Shown piece by piece: positions 12,196 to 26,655 of a stretch of DNA of 64,000 nucleotides. The position numbers were made by a program, and so were the translations under genes. The notes under the pieces are model-generated. The model saw nothing but the letters and a program-made list of their open reading frames with translations, was not told the origin of the DNA and searched no databases. Every line of letters starts with the position of its first letter. Positions within the stretch are counted from its first letter, which is position 1. The stretch comes from Camelus dromedarius (lineage: Eukaryota): NCBI RefSeq assembly GCF_036321535.1, contig NC_087436.1, forward strand, positions 79,548,001-79,612,000. Reading direction: 5' to 3'.

Positions 12196-14114
12196 TAGTC
12201 TTATTTGGGAGATATTAAAAAGAATGAATTGTTTAAAATAAAAACACTCATAAAATTCCAGCAAAACAGAAAAATACAAAAATTAAACCAGTAGATAACC
12301 ATGAATTCCATCATTCAGAAATAATCATTGTTAGAATTGGTGATGTCTCATTTCCAGATGGCATGAAAAAGATATTATTGATTTATATAATAACAATGTC
12401 TAGATTGGTTAGGAACAAATAAAATTGTAGACTTAACTTCAGACTCAAGAATACTTAAAATATTTAGACATTAATATTATATAAAATTCTCATAATTTCT
12501 GTAATATGACCTCTTGCTGAGAAAATCAGTGTATGGATCAAAAATAAAGATAATACATTTTTCTTACATATTAGAATTGTTCATATGTTTATAATAATTT
12601 TGCACTGACAACTGTGTGTTTGAGCTCATCTGGATGATAAATATCCTAATATCAAAAGAACTTAAAAGTTTTAAAAAAAAGTCAGTCCATCCTTAGGAAA
12701 AAAACCCAAAACTAGTCATTTTCCATATAAGGAGGACTACCAGTAGAGTTATAAAGGATGGTAATTTTGTCTGTATCATTCATTTTTTTATTCATTCATC
12801 TCAATTCATACTGAGTATCTTCTATATTCTAGACATTGTTGTATGTGATTCACTTGCAAATATACTTTAGAGTTTTTAAAATTGTTTGTTTCTTTCATCC
12901 TGAGATCCATAGAAAGTCTACATTATTTTACTTTGGAGTATTTTACTGAGAAGGAAGAGTATAAAACTAGTGATGCCAATGACCTCTTAACCCCAAATTG
13001 GACAGATATCCTGTATTGACAGGAATAAGACCAGGCAACATCATTTTACCCTAAGAGCTTAATTCCCACTCGTATGTTTGTGAATATGCCAGAGACCACA
13101 TATCTCTTATGCATCATAGAGTTGGCTGAGTTTGGCTTAAAATTTCATTAGAGGTTTTCGTTGCATTCTAATTCAGTGATTTTCCTACCAACTTGGTAAA
13201 TATTCCTTGGAACCTTAGAACTCCACCTGCCCCCTAAGATGAGATAGAGCATGGTGCCAGGGAAAGAGTCTGGTCAGGAATCAGATCTGGCTCCACAAGA
13301 ACAGACTCAATGGACATTTCTTTGTACCTGCCATGTGTCAGATGTGGAATTCAGCACTTCTGCATAATATATCTTTTAATTTTCTTACAATAATTCTGCA
13401 AGATGGATATTATCACCCCCATTTTCCTGATGGGGTTCGTGGTAGGTAAGCATGTAGTTTCTGGTTTGAATCTAGTTTCAGCATTCATTAGTGTGTGATG
13501 AGGAAGTTTCCAACCTCTCTCTTTTTCCCGTTCCTTAATTAGACAACCAGTTTGGTTTGGGGGAAGATTAGACAAATTAAGTGGTATGTGCCTTGTAGGA
13601 AGCACTCAGTAAATATGAGCTATTTTTGTCCATGATCAGCTATTTTGAGGTGGTACCTGCTAGCTCTGTGACCTTGGGCACGTTATTAGCATCTCTGGAT
13701 CTACGGCAACATATTTAAAAAACTTCGTAGCATTCTTGGAAGGCTGAAAATAGATTAATCAGCATGAAATTTGACAGTGATGCATTATTTAAGTATACAG
13801 GATTAATATTAAATTGTTGATTATATAGTGTATCCTTGTTATTAATACCATTTCTACTTTTTCTTAAAAATTTATTAAAATATCCTAGCATAGGGGACAA
13901 TTCTCAAGGACTCACTCAATTGTTTCTATCTTAAATCTTCCAAGTTTCTTCTTGCTAAGGTCTCAAAAAAAATTGTAATTCCAGTCTTATCTGTTGACCT
14001 TTAATACATGTTATAAATTTTGATCAGGGAATAGGAAGGCTTTATGAGTGAATAAGATATGCAATAACTATTTTTCATAACAAACTCAAGTTCAATAGTT
14101 CCTTGGGATGTATT

Positions 14115-14290
14115 ATAATAACAACTCACATCTGACAGTGAGTTTTCTTTTCAATAACTTCTACTTCCTTTACAACAATCTTTTAAGGCATGTTGGGTAT
14201 AGATTGTTGTCCCCATTTTACAGACAAGAAAACTGGGGCTCTTAAAGTTACAGAAACTGCCTAAGGTTTCATCAAGGAGATTAATGCTAG
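14115..14290 (-). mobile_element. MIR fragment
   Basis: ccccattttacagacaagaaaactggggctc MIR core in antisense. Confidence 0.7.
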
Positions 14291-14842
14291 AATTGTTTTC
14301 TTATCTCATAATCTATGTATAACACCATCGGTATCATTATTTAAGACAAGAAGGTGAATTTCTCGGTCTGATGGGCTGTACGGACATCTCTGTCACATAT
14401 AATTCTCTGAGAGCATTTTTGTCTTTTCTACTTAGAAGAGAGTACTTGAAAAACTTGATGGGGAAAAACACTTCAGCTGGAATTGAAAAAACCAGTTTCT
14501 GGAATTGCCCCTAGTATTCCAACAACCAATTCTTTTGCAGGAGATTTTACATATAATTCTATCTCCTGAGATATAAATATACACATACTCACACATGCAC
14601 AGGAATGATGGAGCTGCAGCCCTCAGCCAAGTCCTGGATTGTTGGCCTTTGGGTGAACTTGGGGTGGCCTCCCAGTGCCCCTATCCTCTTATTGGCATCG
14701 TGGTGCCAGGAGGGGAAATCATGCTTCTGCCAGAGGAAGCCCTCCTACTGTGGAATGCAACTAACCTATCACCAAGATCTACTTCTATCCTGAGTTTCCA
14801 TTGGAAATAAAGAGATAATACCTTAAGCTGTTTAAGTCTTGA

Positions 14843-15502
14843 GTTGAGTCTGAGGTTAGAGGTTAAGGGCACAGTACCTAACAAGACTGCACTCAGTTCA
14901 GAGAAGCAACCACAAGTTTGGGGATCCCCAGACCACCTGTGCTTCTGACTAGTTGGCTGTAAGTTTGGGGATTCTTATGACCTCTTCAGGTTTGAGAATT
15001 CACTAGAATGACTCACAGAACTCAGGAAGGTGCTACGCATATGGTTACAGTTTGATTATAAAGGATACACATAGGGTGAGGTCTGGGAGGTTTCCAAACA
15101 CAGCTTCCCCATCCCTGACACATAATCAGGACACGACACTCTTCTAGCACTTCAATATGTTCACCAGCCGGGAAGCTCACACAAAGGTCAGTGTCCAGAG
15201 TTTTCACTGGAGTCTCATTGATTGAATTATCGGCCATGTAGTTGAACTCAGTCTCCAATTTCCCTTTCCTCTGTGGAGGTTGGGCTGATATCACCTAGCT
15301 CAAAGCCCCAGCCCTCTACTCCCATGGTTGGTTTTCCTGGCATGACCAGCCCCCATTCTGAGTCACTGCCTTAGCACAAACCCAGATATGGACCAAGGAC
15401 CCATAATGAATAAGAAAGACACTTCTATCACTCAAAAAATTCTGAAGGTTTTGGAGCTCTCTCCCAGGAATCTGGGACAAAGACAGATTCTTTATTGTAA
15501 CA
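14843..15502 (-). mobile_element. MER21-type LTR (MER21C-like)
   Basis: ggttaagggcacagt...caagactgc; aattcactagaatgactcacagaactcagga; tgattgaattatcggccat; ends tttattgtaaca. Confidence 0.85.
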
Positions 15503-15834
15503 ATACTGCATACAAGTCAAGAACCAATAAATGCTTGTTAAATGAACACATGAAGGAATGAATGAGGAAATGAATAAGTTTGATGGGTTTTCGGAGGGAT
15601 TTGAACCAAGCCCTCTAAGGTCTTTTCTAGGGTAATGAATTTAGGAGCCTCTGAAATTGCTCCGTCCTTGAAAAGTGTCCTGAATCTACCGATCTGAATC
15701 TATGAGCCCACAGGGGTCATACATCTTGGATTCGGGGTTTTAATTGACTCTTCATCTGGGTGTGACAGTGATGATGCTGATGGTGTCCCCAGGGTGCAGC
15801 ACACTTTGCATGTTCCACACCCTACCCCAGGGTT

Positions 15835-16020
15835 TTCACTGATTTAACAAATATTTAATGAATACCTCTAATAGCCAAGGTACTGTTCTAGGGGCTGAGG
15901 ATACATTGATGAGCAAAAACTCCTGCCTTTTTGAAGCTTTTGTTCTACCAGGGAGAGACAGACAATGAGTACATAACAATATGGTAATCAGGTGGTGATA
16001 AATGAGATAAATGCTTTGGA
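15835..16020 (-). mobile_element. L2 3' end
   Basis: tttaacaaatatttaatgaatacctc...gccaaggtactgttctaggggctgaggataca...gagagacagacaat. Confidence 0.8.
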
Positions 16021-19000
16021 AAAAAATTAATTGAATGCCCAGAACCTGTTGCTGCTCCTCTGCAGGCTGGCCAGGTGAGCGCTGGATGAGCATCCAACTC
16101 TGGGGCAAAGCTGGTAATTTGTTGTTGCTGCTGCATGCCCTCTGGGTTAGGGAAAGAATCCGTCCCTGAATGTTTAGTAAGTTGGCTTGGCCTTTTGATT
16201 CTGCAGTGATTAAATGCCAGGCTATTGGGAATTAGTTTTATTCTAATTCAAGGTTAAATGTAGATAAGACCTCCCTCTTCTCCATCTATCAAAAATCAGC
16301 TATGGATCTTCTAAGGGTGTCAGCCTCTCTTTGAAGCCTCCTCTGACCTCCTACCACCCAACTGCTTTTAAGCCCTCCTTTCTCTTCTATCATGGCATTT
16401 AATTTATGGCTCTGTTGTATCACATTTCATTCTGATTTATATGGAATTACATGCTTTTAGCCTCTGTTTTTCCAATAAAATTTGCAATTTCTTTGGAAGC
16501 AGAGATTCTTTTTCACTCTCTTCTTCACTGTATTCACCTCTCTCCATCCCAAGGAACTTTCGAGTGCTTGGTACATAGTAGCTGTTCAATTAACTATTGA
16601 TTGAAAGAAAGACACTTTAAAGCATGCTTTTCAGTGCTGATATCTGATTTGCAAATGTGTATGTTTCTTATCTAATTTCCATTGACTTCTGGGATGAACA
16701 GAGTTTTCATTAGTTTCCTTAGGACATTCTATGTGACTGTTTCTTAGGAAAGTGTTCAAAGTTAAGATGTTTGAAGGGAATAACAGTAGGCACTGGAAAC
16801 AAAAATAACAACAATAAAAATACACTTGTTTCTTTTCTCAGTGTAAGAGAATACATCCTCAGTGGAGAAAACAGAAAATATGAACAAGCATAAACGAGAT
16901 GATAAAAATCACTTTCATTCACTCAAAAGATGTCTTTTGAGCTCTTATGACTCTCTAGGTACATGCAAAGCATTGGGAATGTAACAGTAAGTAAGATACT
17001 CCAATCCTGCTTTGAGAATTTCATGGAAGAGAGAAATTAAATGGATGATTATAACTTACACCGTTGGTTAGCAAATCATAATTTCTGTAATACTTACACA
17101 TGAATAAGGTAGTTAATGCGAACATTTTAGTATACGTTTACTCAACCTATTTATAAAAGCAATACATTCATGAAAATTTTAAAAGTGAGATAATACTGTA
17201 ATATTGTTTTCTAAACTGCCTTTTTAAACCTAATACATTTTGTGACTCTTTCTTTAGGCCTTTTAACATTATTCGACAATAACATTTTAAATAGCCACTA
17301 ATATTTTGTTTTAACAATGTTCCAAACTTTCAAATTGTGATACATTGATTATTTACTTAGAAACAGTTGCTGGAATTGGAATTTTTCTATCAAAGAGCCT
17401 GCAAAAATACGCAGTTTTGATGAGCATGGCTCTGTTGGCTCCTCACTCTGCTTGTTGACTGCCATCGTGCACTGTTACTAGCCATGTGTGAGAGCACTGG
17501 TGTCAGAGTTTTTTGTTTTGTTTTGTTTTTGTTTTTTCCATTTAAAAGGAAATTAACCATGTCTGCATGTTTTTGTTTGTGAGCGTGCGGTCATTTCTTG
17601 TGCATTGACCTCTAATGAGATCGGCTCCAAAGCAGATAATGAATGAAATTTGTAATCAGTGTTAGGGCAGAGAAGCATTTGCCAAGGCAGGTGTTAGGAC
17701 TCCTGGATGGTTGCAGCCCTTGAACCATAAAGCGAGAGCATGGCTCATAGGCCTTATTCTTTATATTTACGTTAATTGATTCTTCAGTTTGGCCATTGTC
17801 TGGCCATTACATGGAGAAAGGGCATTTAAGAAATATCCTGGGCCAGCAGGTCAGGAACACAAGGAGAGAGCTCGGGCAGACGGTGCCAGCGTCACTAATG
17901 AGGCTGCAGAGGGAGAGCAGACCACGTACCCATGAGAAGGACTGTAGTCAGTCAAGAAAAACATTTCCCCAGCAGGAAATCAAAGTGCGTAGCTGGAGGC
18001 AACATGCCCACGTGCAACAGTATCCCATGTTCTGCCGGAGGACAATGGGAGGGTTGTATCTCCTCTCTGACAGTATCACTGTGGCACTTGGCTTAAAAAG
18101 TGCTATGAGATTGCTACTTTACAGCAAATTTTATGGTCTAGTCTCTAAAGAAATTCTATTTTTCTTTCTAAAATGTGCCAGATTTTTTCAGACAAAAGAC
18201 AAAGCAACTAGTATCTAACCGGAACCAGGCGTGTGACATGGAAAGGAATGCAGATCAGGTGGAACATAAGGCTGGAATGCCAATCAGTGGGTTGTCTTAT
18301 AGTCATGGTCCCCCTGCCACCGACTTCCATGACCTTGGGCAAGTCCTTTCACTTCTCATGGCTTCAGTCACCTCATTTTTAAATCAAGAGATTTGAGCAA
18401 AATGGCTTTAAAGTTTCTTCTGGCTTTAACTGTTCTTTGACACTTTGTCACCTAAACCAAAGCTCGTGCAAATTCAGATGGAAGCTCATCGTGTTCCTCC
18501 CACTCAGATATGGGGAATGATATGTGATTACAGCACTTTACAGACTGTCATCGCTCCTATGAGACTCTCTTAGGAGTTATACCAGGAAAAGAGGGTTTTG
18601 GGATTTGTAGCATAATTTACTACCCACAAATGACAATTTCTTTTTGTATTTCTGTCCTGGTCTTTGTAGTTACCATCCAGGTCTGAATTCTTGTTAATAA
18701 CAACAATAAAGGAACAATCGTTTCCATTCCTCCTTACTTTTTCCTCCACTCTGCCATTAATTTTCTTATCTTCCTATCTCTCCTCATAAAAGGATGAACA
18801 CTTTCTAATTTACTGAAACAGTTGTTCTGTAGAAGACCAGCATGCTCCGATGACTCTCAGTATCGTTATATCTTCATCAACCCCAGAAAGGAGAGTGTGC
18901 TGGTGTGTGTTTGTGTGCGTGCTGAAGCATCCACGCAGTTGAGAAACACGAGTTAGGCAGAAGAATGATTAGGTGGTTGGGCTTCAAAGAGAACATTTGT

Positions 19001-20471
19001 AGATTCTATCTGGAACACATTTTATTAAAATTGCAACAAACTTTATAAAATCAGATGTATGGTTCATTAAGGGAACATTACCTTACAATTATGATTAATT
19101 AGATTAAACTTATGAAAGTGTGTTATTTGTTCAAATCAAAAGGGTGGGGGAAGATGATGGATGATGAAAGAGTGTGATAAATGAAGAAAGCAGCTGAACT
19201 AAATTGAATGTGTATTCATCCGTTTTCACTTCATAACTAATGATAAATTGAGCATGTCACATTTAACAATACATGTCTGGGCTTAAGCACACGGTTTCAG
19301 CTCCTGTTCACTAATGCCTTGTGATAGGTGGTTGAGACCAAAGAATTGAAATTTTAGCTCCCGGACTTTTGTCTGTTTACATCTTTCCTTGGATGATACA
19401 ATGGATACTTATTTAGTGAATTAACATAATTAATAGAATTTATTTTTTACATAATAAAATATTATACTTCCTCAGGTCATGTAGTCATGATATTTAAAAC
19501 TAGGAGATTTATCTGACTTCCCCCCTCAAATGGATATTTCTCCCATTTGCAGGCCTAGTCAGGTAGCAGAGGTGGAAAGCACTCAGAATTGTAGAAACAT
19601 CTTTCTTCTCTTTCCCTCCCTCCCGTGTAGCCATGTTGACCTTGGCAGGTGATTGGAAGAAACACCCTGAGAAGCTCATTAGACAGTCTGGGAGATTTGA
19701 AAGTGAGGGGTAAACATTAAACAGTTTACATCAGTTTCCTGAAATCTCAAGTTTTCCGATATTTTAAAATCACATTGTAGTCTCAAGGACCATCTGAGAT
19801 TTACAAAACTGGTGTTGGGGTCAGTGCGAAAGTGTGTGGAAAATATTTCCAGCCAGACTGAAATTAGACAAATTTGCCACAGAGTTGGGAATGGTTTATA
19901 AAAAGAACCCAGCTTTATTAGGAAACTTCAGGAGGGTTCTGATACAGCATTTGACACACAAGCAGTATTTCCCTTCTTTTTAATTCTCATTGAAATTGGG
20001 TTAAGAAAGTATGAAGTGAGTGATGGTTTCTATAAAGGTTATCAAACGTTTTTTATTTTATTTTAATTTAAAAAATTTTTTTTTATTTTTCAGTTTTCTA
20101 AAAGGATTTGGGTAAGATTCATTTTGAGTTGTGGTGAAGGTTTCTAGTCTATTTTGACTTTATCTATACCTCATCCATAAGCCCCACCTTAAAATCTATT
20201 TAAGTATGCCTGGCTTATTATTTTCAGGAAAGATGAGACTTTTAAGGGATTGAGTCTCCTTTAGATACTTTTCAGAATGTTTCATGCTTAGTTATGCAAA
20301 TAGAAGAGACTCTTGGGTGAGAATTACCCTACTCCTCAGAGCAGGGGAGGTGCTCTGAAAGACAGAAGGCAAGACCAACTGGGACCCTTTAGGAGTTTTG
20401 AAGGGAATGGATGGTGGTGGTGTCAGAGTAGTTATTCAGTGTTAGTTACATGGCTAGAAAAAAGGTCTAGG

Positions 20472-20693
20472 CTGTGGTTCTTAATTAAGGGATGGGGTGA
20501 CGGCAAATTTGGTAATGTCTGGAGACATTTTTGGTTGTCACAGCCTTTGGGAAGGGGCACTACTGGCGTCTAGTGGGTAAAGACCAGGGATGCTGCTGAA
20601 CATCCCACAATGCATAGGACAGCTCCTCACAAGAAAGGATTATCTGAACTATCTAGTTCAAAATGTCACTAGAGATGAGGTTGGACTTCTCTG
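20472..20693 (+). mobile_element. MER20 (hAT-Charlie) MITE
   Basis: aatgtctggagacatttttggttgtcac...ctagtgggtaaagaccagggatgctgctgaacatcccacaatgcataggacagc; GTCTAGG on both flanks, similar to the hAT NTCTAGAN target. Confidence 0.92.
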
Positions 20694-21686
20694 GTCTAGG
20701 GTGAGGCATGAATTTAAAGAATGGCAAATTAGTGAAGTTGGTGAGCAAGTGAAGATGAGATTTAAGTTGAATTACGGGGCTGATGTATAAAAATAAGTCT
20801 AAATTGTATTCTTAAAGAGACATGACGATCACATCTGTCAGTCCTATGCCAAAGGAACCCTCAGTTCAACACCTTGACCATAACATTAATAACTTTAATT
20901 AGAATGTGGTGTAAATTGGGTTAGTCTTGGATCCCAACCAAAGCAATTTAATTCCTGAAGTACCAAAATAATTGTGCTCAGTTTAAGTCAATTTCATAAT
21001 GTATTCCCTCAGGAGTTGATTCGTTAAATTACAGTGAGGTTTTTAGGAGGTGTTATAATTGCTACTTTTCCATAGAGGAGAACTGGAGGGGTAAGCGTTG
21101 GTCTGACAGCTCAATTAGAAACAGAACCGGAACCAGAACTCAGCTGGCCCGAGTGTGTTGCTTGATTCTCCCAGTGAAACCACCTCTCTTTTTCAGCCAG
21201 AACGCTGCTCCCTCTCCTATGAGGAGCTGTTCTCTATTAACGGCAAATTGTCTTGGAAAAGAATATCTTCAAGGTGAAGGAAGGTGGTAGAGTCACATCA
21301 AACTATTCAAAAGTGGAGCTTAGAGGAAGAAACTGTCACACTTGTCTGAGTTCTGACGTGAAAATACATTTTGGGGCCAAGACAATTCATCTGTCAGGCT
21401 TCCTGTTGGAAGAATATTTACTCAGCTGTGAGAAGGGAGCTTCAGTGAACATCTAAGATAATGAAAGTTTGGTAATACTCAATATTCTGGACATAACCCC
21501 GAATCGAGTAGGTTCTTAGCGTCAGGAGGCACGATGATAAAGAACCTTGAGAAAACTTGGCAGAGAGCAGGAGGCAACGGAACTCACATCAGCAGAGTTT
21601 CTGACTGGAGGTAAGAGTCCTGTCTTTGTCAGGAGGGGGAAAAACATATTCAGTTGACTCCTTTTTTTGTTTGTTTGTTCCAGCTC

Positions 21687-21968
21687 TTTTTAAAAAAATT
21701 GTGGTAAAATACATATAATATGAAGTTTACCATGTTAAGTGTACAATTTAGTGGCACTGAGTGCATTCACAACACGTGTAACCATCACCACGCTCCATTC
21801 CCAGAATGTTTCATCTCCTGACACAGACTCCATAACCATTAAGCAGTCACTCCCCAACCCCTCTCCCCTCAGCCCCTGGGAACCTCTATTTCTGTTGCTA
21901 TGAATTTGCCTAGTCTAGCTACCTTCTGTAAGTGGACTCATACAATACTTGTCCCTTTGTGTCTGGCT
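21687..21968 (-). mobile_element. L1MB-type 3' UTR, 5'-truncated
   Basis: attgtggtaaaatacatataa...agtgtacaatttagtggca...aaccatcaccac...tttgtgtctggct. Confidence 0.85.
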
Positions 21969-24654
21969 GTGGTTCACTTCTGCATCCTCAGTGCCCAGTT
22001 AATGCCAGGGACGAGAAAGGTACTTGCCAAATAGACACAGAATCAATGAAGGTTGGAGGTTGGGAGTAGCAAGCCCGGGGTTTAATATATTAATTTTTTT
22101 CTGCTTAGTAATAATAGTGACATAGCCTTGTATTTGAATAGTGCTGGACGTTTCTTCAAAGAGTTTTGACATTTTCTCTTACTCGATGCTATTATTTTGA
22201 GAAGAAATGCCAGTCTTTTAAGGTTAGATTTTAGTAAAATGTGTATCTATCGTCCTGTTAATATTTTGATTTTTCTAGCTCAATTGTACTAGAAACACTT
22301 TAATTAGCTACTCTTGGGAATAATCCCACGTGACAGGCTGCTCTGGGGTGTGAATGAAATGCTTGCTTCATAATCATCTATCGATAAGGTTCAGGCCCAC
22401 CTCTCCTGGGAAGGAAATTGAAGCTCTAGGATATTAAGTGCATCCTTTCAAAGTCCCACGGGAAATTAGCAGCAGAGCCAGAATTAGAATTCACAGCCTT
22501 CAGGTCCCCAAAGCTCCAATGCACCGAGCTGCCCAGCGTCCTTTTCCCCACGCGAATATTCCCAGTGATCTCTAATGGTGCCTGCAAAGCATGAAGCAGA
22601 AGTAACCATTCTTCCATGAATTCTCCCACAGGCACAAACAGGGCAAATTGTTTTCTTTTGGGGTCAGAGCTTTGCCACCTGCCATTTCAGACCCCGTGGA
22701 AGGCTGAAATACATCATTTGAGGGGTTATACACTTTATCTCACCCGTTACTGACTAGTCCTGGCTTCTCCCTGGGAGATCAGCTCCCCGTCCTGCCTGAC
22801 GTCTCCTCCAGGGTCCTGGTTCTCCCGTTAGGCACCTGGTGCCTTCAGGAGATTGGAGGGCACGTTTTGCTTCACTTACAGATGCAGTCAAAAGGAGAGG
22901 TGAAGCAATTAAATGAATGCCCTCTTCATTGCCAACTTTATTTGTCCCTGTTTCTGTGAGCCCATATATATATATATATTTTTTTTTTTTGGTACAGCCT
23001 GTGGTTTGACATAGCCTCATTGCACTTCCCCTCTGATATTGTCTCATAAAATTCTGTCAGTAATATAATTGCCAGACCAGCTTTCCAGGTTATGTGTTTT
23101 CCCCCACTGAAGCACACCGGTAGAGAAAGCATTTAAGCTTGACACTGTGACTTTCCTGGGCTAAGTTCCGTCCTTTTATCGCAGAAAGGCTTTCAAGTAT
23201 GCACCACAGTGCACTTACTTTTTTTCTTAATATAACTTCCATCCCACCTTCCTCTTCTGCTTGCCAAAGGAGGAAAATAGACTTGTCTGCTTGGAATAAT
23301 CAAATGAGACTGTGATAGGAAGAACAGGTCAGGGAATAGTAAGTAGCTAATTTACTGGGGGACGATATCGTCATTCGACAGGTTTGAGAAAAACAAGTTT
23401 TAACAGCCGTGGTGATATTTCAGTGACCAGATTTGGGCCTCAGTAGGGACACTGATTTGAAGCTGGAGAAAGAATGGAGGCGTCAGTGAAGCAGCGTTAG
23501 CTGGGGCACAGCAGTGTTTCTTCTCACGTATAAATGTAAATCTTTAGTATAACCCGTTAGCATTTAGCTGATAATTTAGGGACAGCATGTTGATTGCCTG
23601 GCCCCTCTTGTCTTACTTTGAGTCTTAAGAGGCAGTTCCAATGTATGTCCTGGGACTCGCACAAGAGGAGCCTGCATCAATGACAATCCTCACAAAACCC
23701 TGACAATTCTAATTTAGAAGACGGGAGTACTGCAGGGAAGCGCTGGAGGGCGGGTGGGGGTCCAAAGTGGGGCAGCAGGTGTGGCGGGGACATGGACATA
23801 TGTGTGAAGGAGCTGAATCTTGTGCCTCACTTTTTTTTTTTTTTTTGGTTGGGGGGGATTGGCACTGACCTTTGCTTAGAAACTAGAAGCTTTCATTCAA
23901 GATGCCTTGTCTCTAGGGCGCAAGGAGAGCAGCTCCTCTTGGCTCTGTCTTCCTGTTGATCTGTCCTGGGTCGTCTGAAGTAAAGGGGAAGTAGGAGAGG
24001 CAAGAGCTGGCCTCAGGGACGTCTCCATGATGAGGTGTCGCCTCTCCGGGCTTGGGAAGAAGCCCTCTCTGTGGGTCTGAGAGTAACCGTCCATCTAGAC
24101 AGATGCTGACAGAGAGGGTTTGGGGACACAAGTGACATCTATGTTTTAATTTCTAGGGACTATGTAGGAGCCACTAGTGGCCAACAGTTAGGCTGGGTCT
24201 GCATGACACCAAAACCAACAGTCTGTGCAGTGTTCCCTGGGGCGGGGTAACTGGCCGATTGACTGAATAGGCATCTCTCACAGTGTGGCCTTGGTGCTGT
24301 GCAGCAGGACAGAAAAATGGAAGTGAGATGATCCCTCGAATTATCTAATGGAGAAAAGAAAAAAGCGTTGTGTAGTAGGGAGCGTCTCAGACTGGAAGTC
24401 GGGAGACAGAGTTTGTGTTCAGGCTCTGATGGATTGCCGGGCCCTGGGCAGAGGAAGCCTCTCTCTGAATCTCAACGAAGAAGTGAGATGCCCTGTAGGT
24501 ATCACATTTTAGAGTTCTGTTTAGCGATATTTAGGTCAGATGATTTAATAGGTTTTTTTCTTTAAAAGAAGTGTCAGGATGTATTGAGTCCCGCCCCCCC
24601 CCCCCCAATTTCTCATTATTTATATATAGGGACCGAGGCCCTGAAAGTATTTTT

Positions 24655-25087
24655 TTAACTTAATTTTTTAAGAGGAGTTTTAGGTTCACAGCAAAATTAA
24701 GAAGAAGGTACAGAGATTTTTCCATATACGCCCCTTGCCCCCACACGTGTGCAATCTCCCCTATTACCAACATCCCCCACCAGAGTGGTACTTTTTTGTT
24801 ACAATTGATGAACCTACATTGACATGTCATTATCACCCAGAGTCCATAGTTCACGTTAGGGTTCATTCTTGCTGTTGTACATTCCGTGAATCTGGACAAA
24901 TGTATCCATTAGTACAGTGTCATACAGAATAGTTTCATGGCTTAAAAATCCTCTGTGCTCCACCTGTTCATTCCTTCCCTCCAACCCCTGCCAACCACTG
25001 ATCTTTTTACTGTCTCCAGAGTTTTGCTTTTTCCAGAATGTCATATAATTGGAATCATACAGTATGTAGCCTTTTCAGACTGGCTTC
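24655..25087 (-). mobile_element. L1MC1-like 3' end
   Basis: gttttaggttcacagcaaaatt...aaggtacagagattt...catcccccaccagagtggtac...gccttttcagactggctt. Confidence 0.9.
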
Positions 25088-25469
25088 CTGAAAGTGTTAT
25101 TAAAGAACACCCCATTACAGATGCAAACAGCACTCGAGCTCCCCTTGTTCTTCATGGGGGCACAGAAAAGGAAAGTCTGTCTCATTTCAGCTATTCGCCG
25201 TCTCTGACCCCACTGTGTTCTCTGCTGCTGGGAATTCCTCGTGTGTTCCCTCAGGAGCTCTCTCCCACCCCTCACCCTTTAAAACCTCTCACCTCTCTCT
25301 CCTGGAGTGAATCTTTCTGTGTTCTCTGCATCTTACCCTTACTTCTGCTTTGGGGAGCCTGGTGTACGGGTTTTCCCCTTTCTCTTCTGAGTTTTTAACC
25401 TTTCTCTCTTCATTGGCTCCTTCCCATGAGTGTTTCGGCATGTTTATTTTAAAAAATGGGAGTCTCTCT

Positions 25470-25790
25470 AAGTAAAAAATACTTGCCTTGCAGTTAACAC
25501 CCTGACTTCTACCCTCAGTTTCAGCGAAGATATCACTACTTTCAGAAAGCGTCCTCTGATCCCACAGACCAAGGGACAGTCCTTCTTTATCATCCTCCCT
25601 TTCCCCGGCTCAGAGAAGGAACCACACAGTAATGTCATTTTGTGTTGTCTGCCTTTCCCACTAGGCTGTGAGCTCCACGAGCGTAGGGATTTTATCTTTT
25701 TAGTTTTCATTGTTGTGTTTCAAGCCCTGAGAAGACATTCTGACCCATGGAAGAACTTTCAAATGATTTGTGAATGAATTAACAAATGGA
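25470..25790 (+). mobile_element. L2 3' end
   Basis: tctgcctttcccactaggctgtgagctccacgagcgtaggga...atttgtgaatgaattaa. Confidence 0.7.
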
Positions 25791-26435
25791 GGAAGAAGGC
25801 AAGGAGGAAGAGATACGGACTGTTCCTCTAATAATGCTCACGTGTCTTGTCTGTGGTCTCTCCCGTCCTACTCCCACTTCCACCCCTGATGGTATATTTT
25901 CATGTTCAATCTGATTGCTTTGACTGGGAAAACAGAATGGTGAGTGCTTTAATTATGCGACATCAGGTGGGAGAGGAAGGTATTGCTAACTTTTTTGTGG
26001 AAGAGAAATATTCATTGTAGGTTGCAAACATCTTTTTATAAAAATCAGTTGTTTAAAAAAGATAAAAATCCAAGGAAATTAGATTTAGATCAAATAACTG
26101 TCTGGTGCTTTATCCCAAACCCTTTGAAGCAGGAATCAGACCAATTTCACAGGCGATTTTCTTAGCTTTTTTTCTGGTGTTTTCTACTTCTGGTTCAATG
26201 GCAATCCTGACAGTGATTGTTTACTTGGGGACATTCTATGCTTCTCAGTAGAACTATGTAAAGAAATACTCTATGGGAGGTGAGGGATTTTCAGTGTGAA
26301 AATCATATGAGGGATTTTATTTATGGCCTCAAATTTCTTGTGCCCCATTCTTTTGCACTTGTCCTCTGATAAAGGAAATCAAAAGAGAGAGTGAATTCTC
26401 ATCTTAGCAACGTTAACAAGGACGTACGTAATGGA

Positions 26436-26655
26436 GTTAACTTGCCTCATATACTTGCAGTGTGCCAGGCGCTCTTCAAGACTTTTTGCAAACATTAGCT
26501 CATTTAATCATAACACACTTTGAGGTAGGTACTGTTATCATACCAATTTTACAGATGAGGAGTTGAGGTGGAAGAGAGGTGGAACGACTTCTCACACAGG
26601 TAGTAAGTGGAACAGTTCAGGTCCAGAGTCTTGCTTATAACCACTATATTCTGCT
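26436..26655 (-). mobile_element. MIR SINE
   Basis: gtgtgccaggcgctc...ctcatttaatc...tgaggtaggtactgttatc...ttttacagatgaggag...cttataaccactat. Confidence 0.88.

Noticed and set aside
24660..25398. Cluster of overlapping ORFs
   Set aside because: They derive from L1MC1 3' UTR sequence and the adjacent pyrimidine-rich DNA.
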